Assembly (NCBI RefSeq): GCF_009914755.1
Contig: NC_060944.1
Length of the DNA: 64,000 nt
Strand: one strand, 5' to 3'
Source of the DNA: the human T2T-CHM13v2.0 reference genome, Homo sapiens
Shown here: positions 1-50,010 of the stretch, in pieces
Numbering within the stretch: the first letter of the stretch is position 1
Layout of the letters: the number at the start of each line of letters is the position of its first letter
Program-made: the position numbers and the translations under genes
Notes under the pieces: generated by a model
Database searches by the model: none
Seen by the model: the letters and a program-made list of their open reading frames with translations, nothing else
Told to the model about the DNA's origin: nothing

Positions 1-86
1 CTACCTAAAACCTATGACAGTGGTTACTTCAGGGGAAGGGCCTGAGATTGGGAACTGTAGTTGAAGGCTACTTCAGATTTACCTGG

Positions 87-388
87 AATGATTCTCAGCC
101 AGGGGTGATTCTGCCCTTTTTTTTTTTTTCTTCCTTCTGCTTTTTGCAGAGCAGGGCTACCCCACAGGCAATGCGCCCGAAGTAGTTGATTCTGCTCTCT
201 AGGGATATTGGGCAATGTCTGGAGATATTTTGGGTTATCACAAATGGTTGAGATGGGGGAGGGTGCTACTAGCATCCAGTGGGTCAAGGCCGGGGATACT
301 GCAAAATAGTCCACAATGCTTAGCACAGCCCCCGCAACAAAGAATTATCCAGCCTAAAATGGCAATGGTGCTGAAATTGAGAACCCTG
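87..388 (+). mobile_element. MER20 hAT-Charlie MITE, interrupted by a short retroposed insert at 118-186
   Basis: ttctcagccaggggtgattctgc...gggcaatgtctggagatattttgggttatcaca...gtgctactagcatccagtgggtcaaggcc...ttgagaaccctg matches the recalled MER20 consensus end to end. Confidence 0.85.
118..186 (-). mobile_element. Short (~57 nt + A12) retroposed insert resembling an ERV1 (MER4-group) LTR R-region hairpin
   Basis: Minus strand ACTACTTCGGGCGCATTGCCTGTGGGGTAGCCCTGCTCTGCAAAAAGCAGAAGGAAG(A)12; TSD tgattctgccct 106-117 / tgattctgctct 187-198; TGCCTGTGGGGTAGCC matches the LTR fragment at 48501-48516 at 13/16. Confidence 0.75.
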
Positions 389-471
389 ATCTGGATCATT
401 TTAACTTTTATAAGGAGATAGGATTCAAGTATTATTTGCATAATTTAAAAAGGGCTGAAAAAACAATGATG

Positions 472-536
472 TGGCGGGGAGGAGTCTCTCTGAAACTATT
501 TTGGTCTGGGAGGCTGCCTGATTAAAAAAAAAAAAA
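472..536 (+). mobile_element. Short (~52 nt + A13) insert resembling a MER51/MER57-type ERV1 LTR R-region hairpin
   Basis: ggagtctctctgaaactattttggtctgggaggctgcctgatt followed directly by A13; degenerate TSD aaaaacaatgatg 459-471 / aaagacagggatg 534-546; family call from recall. Confidence 0.6.
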
Positions 537-544
537 GACAGGGA

Positions 545-1380
545 TGCTGTGATCCACCGTCCACCTTCCCTTCCCTCTGCAGGACACAGCAGGTATTCCC
601 CTAGCTGCCAGGAGTGTTAGCTGCTACTCCCTCACATTCTGATGAGTCCCTCTTCAGAAATTGCCCTGAGCTGAAGGAAGCTGCCTTGTTCAACAGCCTT
701 TCTCCTTGAGAAGCCTCTGCACTGTTGACATCATGCTTTGTAGCAGGGGTTGGGGGAAGTGTCCTGTGCCCTGTAGGACACGTGGCAGCATTCCTGGCCT
801 CTATCCACTAGATGCTAGCAGCCCCCTCTTTTTTTTTTTTTTTTTTTGAGAGAGTCTTGCTCTGTGCCCCAGGCCGGAGGGCAGTGGCATGATCTCGGCT
901 CACTGCAACCTCTGCCTCCAGAGTTCAAGCAATTCAATTCTCCTGCCACAGCCTCCGAAGTAGCTGGGATTACAGGCGCGCACCACCATGCCCAGCTAAT
1001 TTTTGTATTTTTAGTAGAGGTGGGTTTCACCATGTTGGCCAGGCTGGACCCCTTCTCCTATTAAAATAACCAAAAATATCTCTGAACATCACCAAATATC
1101 CTCTGGGAGGCAAAATTCTCCCCCTCCCTGCATTAAGAACCACTGATGTACCCAGTGCCTGGTTAATACAGCAGCACAAAGGCCCAGCCCCCTGACCTCA
1201 GTTTGGAGTATCTCTGAGGGCCATCTCAGGCTTTGTTGAGATTGCATCATAAATTCCTCTCTTTACCCAATCCTCCTTCCCTCTCCCCATCATAGGTGTT
1301 GTTTTCCAGAGCATTCTCCAATAAATATTCTGGTGCAAATCTCCCTCCCAGAGACTGTTCCTTGGGGCCACTGACCCAAG
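545..1380 (+). mobile_element. LTR16-like (ERVL) LTR, interrupted by a minus-strand MER20 (~700-1146) that contains a truncated Alu (~828-1048, -)
   Basis: gaaattgccctgagctgaaggaagctgcct...aaaggcccagccccct...caataaatattctggtgcaaatctcc; antisense MER20 motifs gtcctgtgccctgtagga...ctggcctctatccactagatgctagcagc. Confidence 0.6.
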
Positions 1381-1540
1381 ACCAAGACGAAGGCTTAGGG
1401 GGGTTAAGTGGCTTTTCAAAGGTCCCACAGCAGGCTGGATGTGGAGCTAAGACTGTGACCTTTCTCCTCACTCCACAATTGGTGCTCACAAGCATTGCGC
1501 TTCAAGGCCTTATTCTTGGGCTCTGCTGACCACAGCTATC

Positions 1541-3330
<1,790 letters not shown>

Positions 3331-3564
3331 CTCTTCATTTTCAGAAGGTGCGGCTCTAACTCAGAGCACATTTATTCAACTGAATGCATTTATGAGGAAG
3401 ATCTTGAAAGCCTGTCTCCCTCTCTCCCTCCCAACACATCAAAAAATAATGGAATGTAAAACAATTGGCTGGTCTTCATCTTAAACTGGTCGGCTTAAGC
3501 TGGTCAGTGTCAACCAGGTTCAAGTTATGGAACTGTGTGTAAATGTTGAAAATGTATCATTGTA

Positions 3565-6160
<2,596 letters not shown>

Positions 6161-6164
6161 ATAT

Positions 6165-7420
<1,256 letters not shown>

Positions 7421-7444
7421 TAAGCAAATTTATTTCCCTACCAC

Positions 7445-8160
<716 letters not shown>

Positions 8161-8439
8161 TAGATTAAAGAACAAAACAATCTTTCACATGCTTCTACAA
8201 ATAGAAAGTTCATATTTAATATTGAATGACCATTCCATGAGGACTTTAAAAAATGAAATGGCTTATGAAGAACTCAAAATTAAATTGTGAATTTTCTTGC
8301 TTCTTCTTAGAGAATATTTTAAAAAGCTGTGGCCTCTAAACAAAAATAAAGCACTTATCCCATCTGTCTGGGTCTCACTGTGCACCGTGTTGGTGAGGCC
8401 ATCAGAATGAAAATGTATCACAACCCACCTTCCCCTTTA

Positions 8440-11010
<2,571 letters not shown>

Positions 11011-11399
11011 TTAAAAATTACATACATTTGCCCAACTCCAATCTTCCAGTTGTTCCCACTCTCCACAATTTCTTGAAGATTACTGCCTGCATTTCCTCGG
11101 TCACATGTGCCAATTATTTCAGTCCTCTGGAATGTCATTCATCAGGTTTAGAAACTTTTCGACAAGGTGAATATGGTAACGAAGTCCAAGAGTTGGATGT
11201 TTTCCCGCCCTTCTGAACCTCTTCCCTTCGCATACTCTTCTCCTCTGATGACTTCTCCTTTAGTCCGTGTTTACATTTTGTGATTTCTTAGACGTGAGCT
11301 CCTAGGCAACAGAAAGAGCTGGGGTAGTTGCGTGCACAGTGAGATGCACCTTAGGAAACTGTGGGCTTCTGGGGTGGCCTTCCCCTAAGTTCCCTGTGT

Positions 11400-13870
<2,471 letters not shown>

Positions 13871-14049
13871 ACAGTGCCATGTTCCTCACACCCTGGCCAC
13901 ATGTTGTATTATCAGTTATTTTTTCATTTAGCCTATCTGACAGGTGAAAAAGTAGTGTCACTTCATAGTTGTAAATTCATTTCTGATAAGAGCTGATCTT
14001 ATTTTTGTAGATTTTGAGCCATTTGTGGGATTTTGGGTCTGTGAACCAT

Positions 14050-14710
<661 letters not shown>

Positions 14711-14869
14711 CCCATTTCTTTCTTGACTCCATTCTCAGTCAGCCCCATTCCTGTGATTCCAAGATGGCTGCCAGCAGCTCTGGACTTTCATCCCACCTCT
14801 CAGCACCCTCAGCAGGGAGAATGCCGCTTTCCTGGATGGTGCAACAAAAGTTTAGGGATTGTCACGAGA

Positions 14870-23440
<8,571 letters not shown>

Positions 23441-24179
23441 ACGGATTAGGGATGGGAGGGATAGAATCCTAGAAAGAAATTAAGGACTTGTTTCCAGAGA
23501 AGAGGGGAACAGATATTCAGAGGTTAAATCAATAGATATTGACTCTCCTAGGCAAAGAGGAGAATGAAATCCTTGTGATCAGACAGCACAGAGTCCAGAG
23601 GCCTTGTTGATAAAAGAGATGGAATTTGTGGAAATACTGAGTGATCCATTCTCATTTAGATGTCCAATTAACTCCCATTCACGTCAGCTTTATTAATTTA
23701 TTGACCACCTAATATGTCCCAGACTTTGTGCTTGGAGTTGAAGAGACTTTTGTGAATAACAACTCAGCCAACAAGTCCATGAATTTTCAAAGGCTCCATG
23801 TTTATTCCGTGCACATTTAGAAGACCTTGCAAATTTCACCACTATGAAATTAAATTTCACATGGCCTAATTAGAATATCCGCACCCCTAAATTATTGCAA
23901 TTGCAGAGAATCGGAGGGTTCAAAGGAAAGCAGGGCACTCACGTAATTCACCACAACCCCCAGGCTGCTGGAACACTTGGTTAACTTTTGACCTTGGCCA
24001 ACTCCAGTGACCACTTGAAGGGAAGAAAGTGCCATCCCAGGATTGCCCATGATTACTCTTGGGTGGTTAGACCCCTAACTGTGTGCGTCAATCTGGAGAT
24101 GTTGTTACTGTTCAAAAGAGGGGGACATGAACCACAAATTAATTGGTTTTACATAGGCTTTTAAAACCAACAAAATTAA

Positions 24180-25665
<1,486 letters not shown>

Positions 25666-25712
25666 ACCTAAAACCATCCCAGAAGACAGGAACATGAGTC
25701 TCTGAAGGCCTC

Positions 25713-26533
25713 TGTATTAGCTATCTATTGCTGTGTAACAAATTGCTTCAAAATTTAGCAGCTTAAACCAATAAAACATTTATCTCACAGTTTCTGTGGG
25801 TCAGGAATCCAGGAGTGGCTTTGCTGGGTGGTTCTGCCTCAGGGTATCTGCCCTGTTTACAGTCATGCTGTTGGCTGGGCTGCAGAGGCTGGAAGCCTCT
25901 TTGGGGCCAGATGATTTGTTTCTGAGCTTGTTCATGTGGTTGTGGTCAGAAGGTTTCAGTCCCTCATGACATGGAAGCTGGCTCCCTCACTAAGTGAGAG
26001 AGAGAGAGAAACCAAGAGAGAAGTTTTAAGAAAGAGAGAGGGGCTGGGTGTGGTGGCTCACAACTGTAATCCCAGCACTTTGGGAGGCTGAAGCGAGCAG
26101 ATCACTGGAGGTCAAGAGTTTGAGACCACCCTGGCCAACATGGTGAACCCCATCTCTACTAAAAATACAAAAATTAGCCAGGTGTGGTGGTGCACGCTGT
26201 AATCACAGCTACCCAGGAGGCTGAGGCACGAGAAGCACTTGAACCTAGAAGGTAGAGGTTGCAGTGAGCCAAGATGGTGCCACTGCACTTCAGTCTGGGC
26301 AACAGAGTGAGACTCCATCTCAAAAAAAAAAAAAAAAAAAAAAAAAAAGAGAGAGAGAGAGAAAGAACCAAGACAGAAGCAGTATTGTCATGATGCACCA
26401 TCACTTCTGCCTAATTTTACGGGTCACACAGACCACCCTGGTGCAATAGAGGAGGGCACTGCACAAGGTGGGCACACCAGGAGGCAAAGGATCATTGGAT
26501 CACTGGAGGGCATTTTGGAGTCTGGCTAACACA
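25713..26533 (-). mobile_element. MLT1F/G-like MaLR LTR with an Alu (26042-26350, +)
   Basis: tgtattagctatctattgctgtgtaacaaatt...tctcacagtttctgtgggtcaggaatcc...ggagtctggctaacaca. Confidence 0.75.
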
Positions 26534-26559
26534 GCCCCATGACTTTTTTGTGATTTCTC

Positions 26560-27272
26560 ATTTTATTTTATTTATTTTTTTGAGACAGGATCTCACTTTG
26601 TCACTCAGGCTGGAGTCCAGTAGCATGATCTTGGCTCACTGCAGCCTCAACCTACCGGGCTCAAGTGATCCTCCCACCGCAGCCCCCCATAAGTAGCTGG
26701 GACTACAGGTGCACACCGCCACACTTGGCTAAATTTTTTGTGTGTGTATATTTTTAGTAGAGACAGGGTTTTACCATGTTGGCCAGGCTGGTCTCGAACT
26801 CCTGAGCTCAAGCTATCTGCCTGCTTCGGCCTCCCCAAGTGCTGGGATGACAGGTGTGAGCCACTGCATCTGGCCCTGTTCTCACTTTAAATATTCACCT
26901 TTTTCCTTCTCCTCCTCCTCCTTCTTCTTCCTTCTTCTTCTTCTTCTTTTCTTTCTTCTTCTTCTTTTTTATTTATGTTTTTGAAACAGGAAACAGGGAC
27001 TCGCTCTGTCTCCCAAGCTGGAATGCAGTGGTGCAATCACGGCTCCCTGCAGTGTCAACCTTCTGGGCTCAAGCAATCCTCCTGCCTCAGCTCCCGAGTA
27101 GCTAGGACTATAGGCACATGCCACCACACCTGGCTAATTTTAAAAAATCTTTTGTAGAGACAGGGTCTCACATGTTGCCCAGGCTAATCTCGAACCCCTG
27201 GCCTCAAGCAGTCTTTCCACCTCGGCCTCCCAAAGTTCTGGGATTATAGGCATGAGCCACTACACCTGGCCT
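26560..27272 (-). mobile_element. Two AluJ copies with a (CTT)n tract between them
   Basis: Alu consensus with J diagnostics (ggctcaagtgatcctccc). Confidence 0.9.
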
Positions 27273-28039
27273 AAACATTCACTTTTATACCTAATTTTGT
27301 ACTTAAATTTTGTATTTGTTTTAAAGAAGGCTCCCCCAAATTGTCTAAGCTTCAGGTACCACAAAACCTGGATCCATCCCTGGTCCTAAGACAGGTCTTC
27401 AGTTTTTTGTGACAGTGGGTGTTAGAGATTTTGTACAAAAGTTCAGAAGCTGGACTCAGCCCAGCGAAAAGGTTTGTTGATCTGCCTGGGGGAAGGTGTG
27501 GATTTCAGCCCATCCCTGTATGCCTTCACTCAATACTCCTTTGAAAGCATAAGCTGCTGGAATTAAACCAGCGGTTTTGATGTGCTTGGAGCTGAAGATA
27601 AAGTCCTGTTTGCACACTGTAATGGTGTATTTAAACATTTTGACAATTATCAGGTGAAATCTTTGGCTGTTATTGACTCTGCTCCTCTGTAAGTGATTGT
27701 GTGCGGCAGGAGAGTCTCTCCACCACATGACTGGGCCCTCACTTACAGGTTAATTGACTTGTTTGGTCGCTTTCTTCTTAAGCCACAGGAGTGGTGAAAT
27801 GCAATTTTTTTCTTGTGTTCTTTCGTAACACACCAAGACAAACAAAGCTGAGTTTTAAACCCTGTTGCATTTATTAACTTTTGAGGGTCTAGCTATGAGT
27901 TTTCAGAAACAACAACCAACCACCAGCTCTTCTGATCTTGGTTTGAATCTCTATGATCTGAGATAAATTAGGTTCCCCCCAAAAAAACACACCCCCACCC
28001 CAAGTTGGACACTGAATGATGTATTGGGAATTTGTTTGA

Positions 28040-31700
<3,661 letters not shown>

Positions 31701-32314
31701 GAGAGCATTTCTTTGCTGAACTCTTTGTACCCTGTAACATTGGGACTCACTCCCTGACGTCCAGCGATTGGATGCTGTGTCAGAGAACACAAGGAACAGT
31801 AGAGCCTGTGTTTACCTTTATTTATCAATGCAATTTTTCAACAATTTATGAGAACAGTTGCCAGAAAATTATGCGGCACATAGACAGTGTTATAGTTAAT
31901 CTACTGGCTAAGGGATGCCCAGGTAGCTGGTAAAACATTTCCAGGAGGGTGTTTCCAGAAGGGATTAGCATTTGAAACAATAGACTGAGTAAAGAAGAAC
32001 CTTGCTCGCCAGCATGCATGGACATCACCCAATCCTTGAGGGTCTGAATTGAAGAAAAAGGCAGAGGGAGGATGAATTCTCTCTCTGTTTCAGCTGAGAC
32101 ATCCACCTTCTCCTGCCATTGGACATCTCGGGCCTTCTGACTTGGACCAGGACAGATGCTGTTGGCTCCCTTGGTCCTCAGGCTTTCAGATTCGTACTGG
32201 AACCGCATCACCAGCTTTCTCGGGCCTCCAGCTTGCAGATGGCAGACAGTGGGACTTCTCCGCCTCCATAATCCTATGAATCAATCCCTGTAATAAATCT
32301 CTTCCTGTTCATAA

Positions 32315-33092
<778 letters not shown>

Positions 33093-33195
33093 TACTGGTT
33101 CTATTTCCCTGGAGAACCCTGACTAACACAGGCGGTAAGTAAGTTGTAGTGGTAACTGGGTTTGAGTCTGCCTCCTCCACTCCTCAACCACTTGA

Positions 33196-33387
<192 letters not shown>

Positions 33388-33841
33388 TAATTTTTTTGTA
33401 TTTTTAGTAGAGACGGGGTTTCACCTTGTCGCCCAGGCTGATTTCAAACTCCTGAGCTCAGGCTAACCGCCTGTCTTGGCCAAGTCTTCTTAATGTCTGT
33501 TCAGCATCTCTTCTCCCTGTCTTCCTTTTGTCACTGGAACCCCCCCATAGGATGCCCTAACACACAGATTTTGGTATGAGTGTGTTCGGCCCCATCTAAC
33601 TGAGGATGCATCGGAGAGGTCAGATGTGCACATTCACTGTGAAGGGACAGCCTTGAACGTGGACCCACACAGGGGTGATTACTGGTGATGAAAACTCCCT
33701 TGAGTTTTACTGAGTTGCATTGCCAGAAGTGACATGATTGTCTAAAGTAGTGAACAAGTTTTGGTAATGTTCCAAACAAAAGAAAGTACAGGCTTCCTTT
33801 AATTTATACAGAAGTGACCTTTGTGGAAAATTCAATAATAT

Positions 33842-34668
33842 TGTCTTAAGTCTGTTTTTTGTTGCTTATAACAGAAATAACAGAATACATAAAACTTGGT
33901 AATTTATAAATAAAAGGAATTATTACTTTTTTAATTTTTAATTTATGTGGGTACATAGTAGGTACATATATGAGGAATTATTTCTTACAATTATGGAGGC
34001 TAAGTCCCAGGCTCGAGGGGCTGCATCTGATGAGTGCCTTCTTGCTGTTGGGGACTCTTTGCAGAGACCCAAAGAAGCACAGGGCATCCCATGAAGAGGG
34101 GCCTGAGCAGCTACCTGAGGTCTCTCTTCTTCTTCTTCTAAAGCCACAAGTCCCACTCTATGACAACTCATTAATCCATTTACCCATTAACTCATTAATC
34201 TATTAATTCATGAATGGATGAATCCATTCATGAGAGCTTTCATGACCCAATCACTTCTGTTTTTTGTTTTTCTGTTTTTTTTTTTTTTTCTTTTTGAGAC
34301 AGAGTCTTACTCTGTCACCCAGGCTGGAGTGTAGTGGCACGATCTCGGTTCACTGCAACCTCCGGCCTCCTTGGTTCAAGCAATTCTTCTGACTCAGCCT
34401 CCCCAGTAGCTGGGATTACAGGCATGCATCATCATACCTGGCTAATTTTTGTATTTTTAGTAGAGATGAGGGTTTCACCATGTTGGCCAGGCTGGTCTTG
34501 AACTGACCTCAGGTGATCTGCCCGCCTCGGCCTCCTAAAGTGCTGGGATTACAGGTATGAGCCACTGGGCCAAGCCCAATCACTTCTTAAAGGCTGAACC
34601 TCTCAGTACTGCCACATTGGGTATTAAGTTTCAACATGAATTTTCAAGGGGACAGTCAAACCATAGCA
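33842..34668 (-). mobile_element. MSTB-like MaLR solo LTR with a tiny L1MA 3' insert (33925-33972) and an Alu (34258-34575)
   Basis: tgtcttaagtctgttttttgttgcttataacagaa...ccacattgggtattaagtttcaacatgaattt...caaaccatagca; TSD aggaattatt around the L1 piece. Confidence 0.85.
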
Positions 34669-34697
34669 GATAGAAGTGTGCAAAAAAACGCAATCAG

Positions 34698-36499
<1,802 letters not shown>

Positions 36500-36500
<1 letters not shown>

Positions 36501-36685
36501 CCTAGGGGATGTTTGGCACTGTCTGGAGAGGTTTTTGATTGTCACAACTGGTGGTGGGGGTGCTACTGGCATTTAGTGGGTAGAGGCCAGAGATGCTGCT
36601 AAACTGAATCTTACAATGCACAGGATTACCCCAAAACAATTATCTGGCCGGAAATGTCAATCGGGCTGAGAGTGAGAAATTTTGG
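36500..36685 (+). mobile_element. MER20
   Basis: ggggatgtttggcactgtctggagaggtttttgattgtcacaactgg...gtgctactggcatttagtgggtagaggccagagatgctgctaaac. Confidence 0.85.
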
Positions 36686-36789
36686 TATATGATTTAAATT
36701 GCTTAAACACGATCAAGGCATTTCTGCATCCTTGTGGGCATTTGCCATTACTACAGGCAATATTTGAGTGACGGAGACGGCTAGTTATC

Positions 36790-39039
<2,250 letters not shown>

Positions 39040-39040
<1 letters not shown>

Positions 39041-39558
39041 TTGGAAGAGGGTCAGGCGGGCGACTTGAGAAATCAAGCGCTCTGTTTTACCTGTGATTTG
39101 TGTTTCATATGCTGACATACTTCCGGGGTCTTGAGTTCCTTCTCCCGTGATTTTTCACTGGGGATGGGCTGTCTGCACGTGCAATGTGTTTATTGGAGTT
39201 GTGTACGTGCTCACTTGAGGCATTCTTCCCTTACCAGTTGAATGTCCCTAGACGGTCATCAGTTAAACTTTGCCATTTTGCCTCTTAATTCCCATGCTTG
39301 AGCCCATTTACCCAGTCCTGAGATCTTACTGGGAAGCTGCTGATCACCAGTTTCAGGTTGTTGTTTTTTTTCTGCTTATTGGGAGACTGCCTTTCCCTGG
39401 AGTCGGCTGAGACCAATCATTATTTTAGAGAGATAGTTAACAACCGCCTGAGCATCACCTGATGGTCACCTCTGGTCACCTGACATTCCTGGTGTGTGTG
39501 TGTTGTGGGGGAACTCTCTCTTGCTCTGTTCATGTCTGACTAGCTACCTACTGTAACA
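39040..39558 (-). mobile_element. MER31-like ERV1 LTR
   Basis: Ends catgtctgactagctacctactgtaaca (TGTTACAGTAGGTAGCTAGTCAGACATG on the - strand); gggaagctgctgatcaccagtttcagg. Confidence 0.75.
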
Positions 39559-40527
<969 letters not shown>

Positions 40528-41134
40528 TAAATGTGCCAACTGCCAGCTGCAAGAACCAAGTGGCCAGAACATCGAGGTTTTGAAGTCTCGCAAAACAGAT
40601 GTGTAAAAGTCAACTGCACAGGCAGGACCTTAGAGTGGCACCCGGAACCCAAGGCCTTGAAAGATCCCAGCTTGTTTCTTTACAGAAAGCTTGGCTTTGT
40701 TGACCAGGCTGATAGAAACCGCGCCCAGCTGTAGAAAGGTTGCGTGTGTATATATGTGCGTGTTTCTGCTTCCTCTTTTTTTATCTCATACGATTACAAA
40801 CACATAATCTCAAGGGTCTGCAGCACATGTCACCTTGGAGTTATTTTAGATTTACCCCCGGAACATCAAACGTTCATTCCAGAAGGGTTTGACAGGGCAT
40901 AGAGAGTGCCGACTAAACCCAGAGGGGGCAAGTTCAAGCATGTTTTTCGCTACCCCAATTTGCATCAGTGCCTCCCCACCCCCCCAAAACACATGCCTCT
41001 TTTGCATTACTCAGTGAAAAGTGAAAACTGATAAAGAAAAGGCATGTTTTGTTAATTAAAAACATCTTTATTTAATAGCATGGCTGCTAAATCTGGTAAA
41101 TAGCAGCATGCTGCTAGATCTGAATAATGGGGTC

Positions 41135-43307
<2,173 letters not shown>

Positions 43308-43309
43308 AG

Positions 43310-46868
<3,559 letters not shown>

Positions 46869-46926
46869 CCTTTCTTCATTTTTGTGGGGAGACTTATGCC
46901 CAGCTGAGAGAATTTGGGTCTCCCTT

Positions 46927-47924
<998 letters not shown>

Positions 47925-48479
47925 GTCCAACTAGTCCCTGACCCAGACTTGGAAGGAGAGGGTAGATTTCAAAAGACAAAGATATATTCATTCATTTTTT
48001 GAGATAAGGTCTCACTCTGTTACCCAGACAAGAGTGCAGTGGTGCAATCATAGCTCACCGCAGCCTTGAACTTCTCAAGGGATACTCTTGCCTCAGTCTC
48101 CCAAGTAGTCAGGATTCAGGTGTGCACCACCCCGCCCAGCCACAAAACAAAGACCAAAAAAAGCAACATTTCAGCCCTGGGTAGTGGCTCATGCCTGTAA
48201 TCCAGTGCTTTGGAAGGCCAAGGTGGGTGGGTCGCCTGAGGTCAGGAGTTCAAGACCAGCCTGGCCAACATGGCGAAACCTTGTCTCTACCAAAAAGTAG
48301 ATAAAAATTAGCCAGGTGTGGTGGTACTTGCCTGTAATCCCAGCTACTCGGGAGATTGCGGCAGGAGAATTGCTTGAACCAGAGAGGCAGAGGCTGCAGT
48401 GAGCCAAGATTGCGCCACTGTACTCCAGCCTGAGAGAGAGCATGAGACTCCATCTCAAAAAAAAAAAAAAAAAAAAAAG

Positions 48480-48565
48480 AAAGTAAAGGAATGAAAGAAT
48501 GGCTACTTCATAGGCACAGCAGTAGCATGGGCTGCTGATTGGCTATTTTTATGGTTATTTCTTTC
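48480..48565 (-). mobile_element. MER41-like ERV1 LTR fragment (TATA-like box plus R hairpin) between two Alu 3' ends
   Basis: Minus strand aagaaataaccataaaaatagccaatcagcagccc...tgcctatgaagtagccattctttcattcctttactttc. Confidence 0.7.
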
Positions 48566-48624
48566 TCCAGCCTGGGCGACAGATCAACACTCTGTCTCAA
48601 AAAGGAAAAAAAGAAAAAAAAAGT

Positions 48625-50010
48625 TACCTTGCCACATATTGAAATGGCCCCAGGAGCCTCCTCCTTTCTCCCCCTCCCCTCAACCCATTACGAAAAAAAA
48701 AAAAAACGGCCCTACAAAGGCTTCTTTTGTGGGGGCAAATTTGCATTGTAAAGAATTTCTATGAATATAACTAGATTTTTCATCTTCCAGGCTCTCCAAA
48801 TCCTGGTGAGATTAACTGAGAATCTAGCATCCTGTAAAGGTCTAAATAGAAAACATTAAAAAAAAATTATAGAGATGGGGTCTCACTCTGTTGCCCTGGC
48901 TGGTCTTGAAGTCCTGGGCTCAAGTGATCCTCTTGCCTTGGCCTCCCGAAGTGCTAGGACTACAGGCATGAGTTACCATGCCCGCCCAACAAATAGGAAA
49001 CATTTGTCCTCTATTGTCTCAAAGGGCAGCCACCTATGAGACTTCATCTACTTCATACAAACCTTGGTCTCCATAGCCCCTTATTGTAACCCAGACACTC
49101 CTTTCTTTTGATTCTAGATCTCTAGATAGTAACTTAACTTTCAGCCAATTGCCAATCAGAAAATCTTTGAAACCACTTGTTACCTGTAAATACCCTCGCT
49201 CACTTTGAGTTGGTCCACCTTTCTGGACTGAACCGATACACCTCACATGTATTCATTGATATCTTATGTCCTCCTAAAATGTATAAAACCAACCTCAAAG
49301 GGCGGGTGCGGTGGTTTATGCCTGTAATCCCAGTACTCTGGGAGGCGGAGGTAGACAGATCACCTGAGGTCAGGAGTTTGAGACCAGCCTGGCCAACATG
49401 GTGAAACCCTGTCTCTACAAAAAATAAAAAATTAGGCCAGGCGCAGTGGCTCACACCTGTAATACCAGCACTTTGGGAGGCCAAGGTGGGTGGATTACCT
49501 GAGGTCAGGAGTTTGAGACCAGCCTGACCAATATTGTGAAATCCTGTCTCTACTAAAAATACAAAACTTAGCCGGGCATGGTGGCGTGCACGTGTAGTCC
49601 CAGCTACTCGGGAGGCTAAGGCAGAAGAATTGCTTGAACCCAGGAGGCAGAGGTTACAATGAGCCGAGATCGCACCACTGCACTCCAGCCTGGATGACAG
49701 AGGGACACTCTGTCTCAAAATAAAAAAATAAAATAATAATAAAATTAATTAATTAAAAAATTAGCTGGGTGTGGTAGTGCACACCTGCAGTCTCAGCTAC
49801 TCCAGAGGCTGAGACGGGAGGATTGCTTGAGCCCGGGAGGTGGAGGTTGCAGTGAGCTGAGATTATGCTACTGCTCTCCAGCCTGGATGACAGAGCAAGA
49901 CCCTGCCCCCCACCCATCCCCCCAAAAAAAGTCTTCTGCTAGCCATCATCACTCATATTTGGCTCAGAATAAACCTCTTTAAATATTTTGCAGTTCAGCT
50001 TTTTCAACAC
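48625..50010 (+). mobile_element. MER4-family ERV1 LTR interrupted by Alus
   Basis: ccaattgccaatcagaaaatctttgaa...cctaaaatgtataaaaccaa...actcatatttggctcagaataaacctctttaaatatttt...tcaaca. Confidence 0.8.

Noticed and set aside
118-186. HDV-like ribozyme or tRNA-like fold for the short insert
   Set aside because: No P1.1/P2 pseudoknot pairing and no T-loop motif found by eye; only two simple hairpins
34208-34233. 12-bp-arm palindrome tcatgaatggat-ga-atccattcatga
   Set aside because: As recalled, part of the MSTB-type LTR consensus rather than locus-specific
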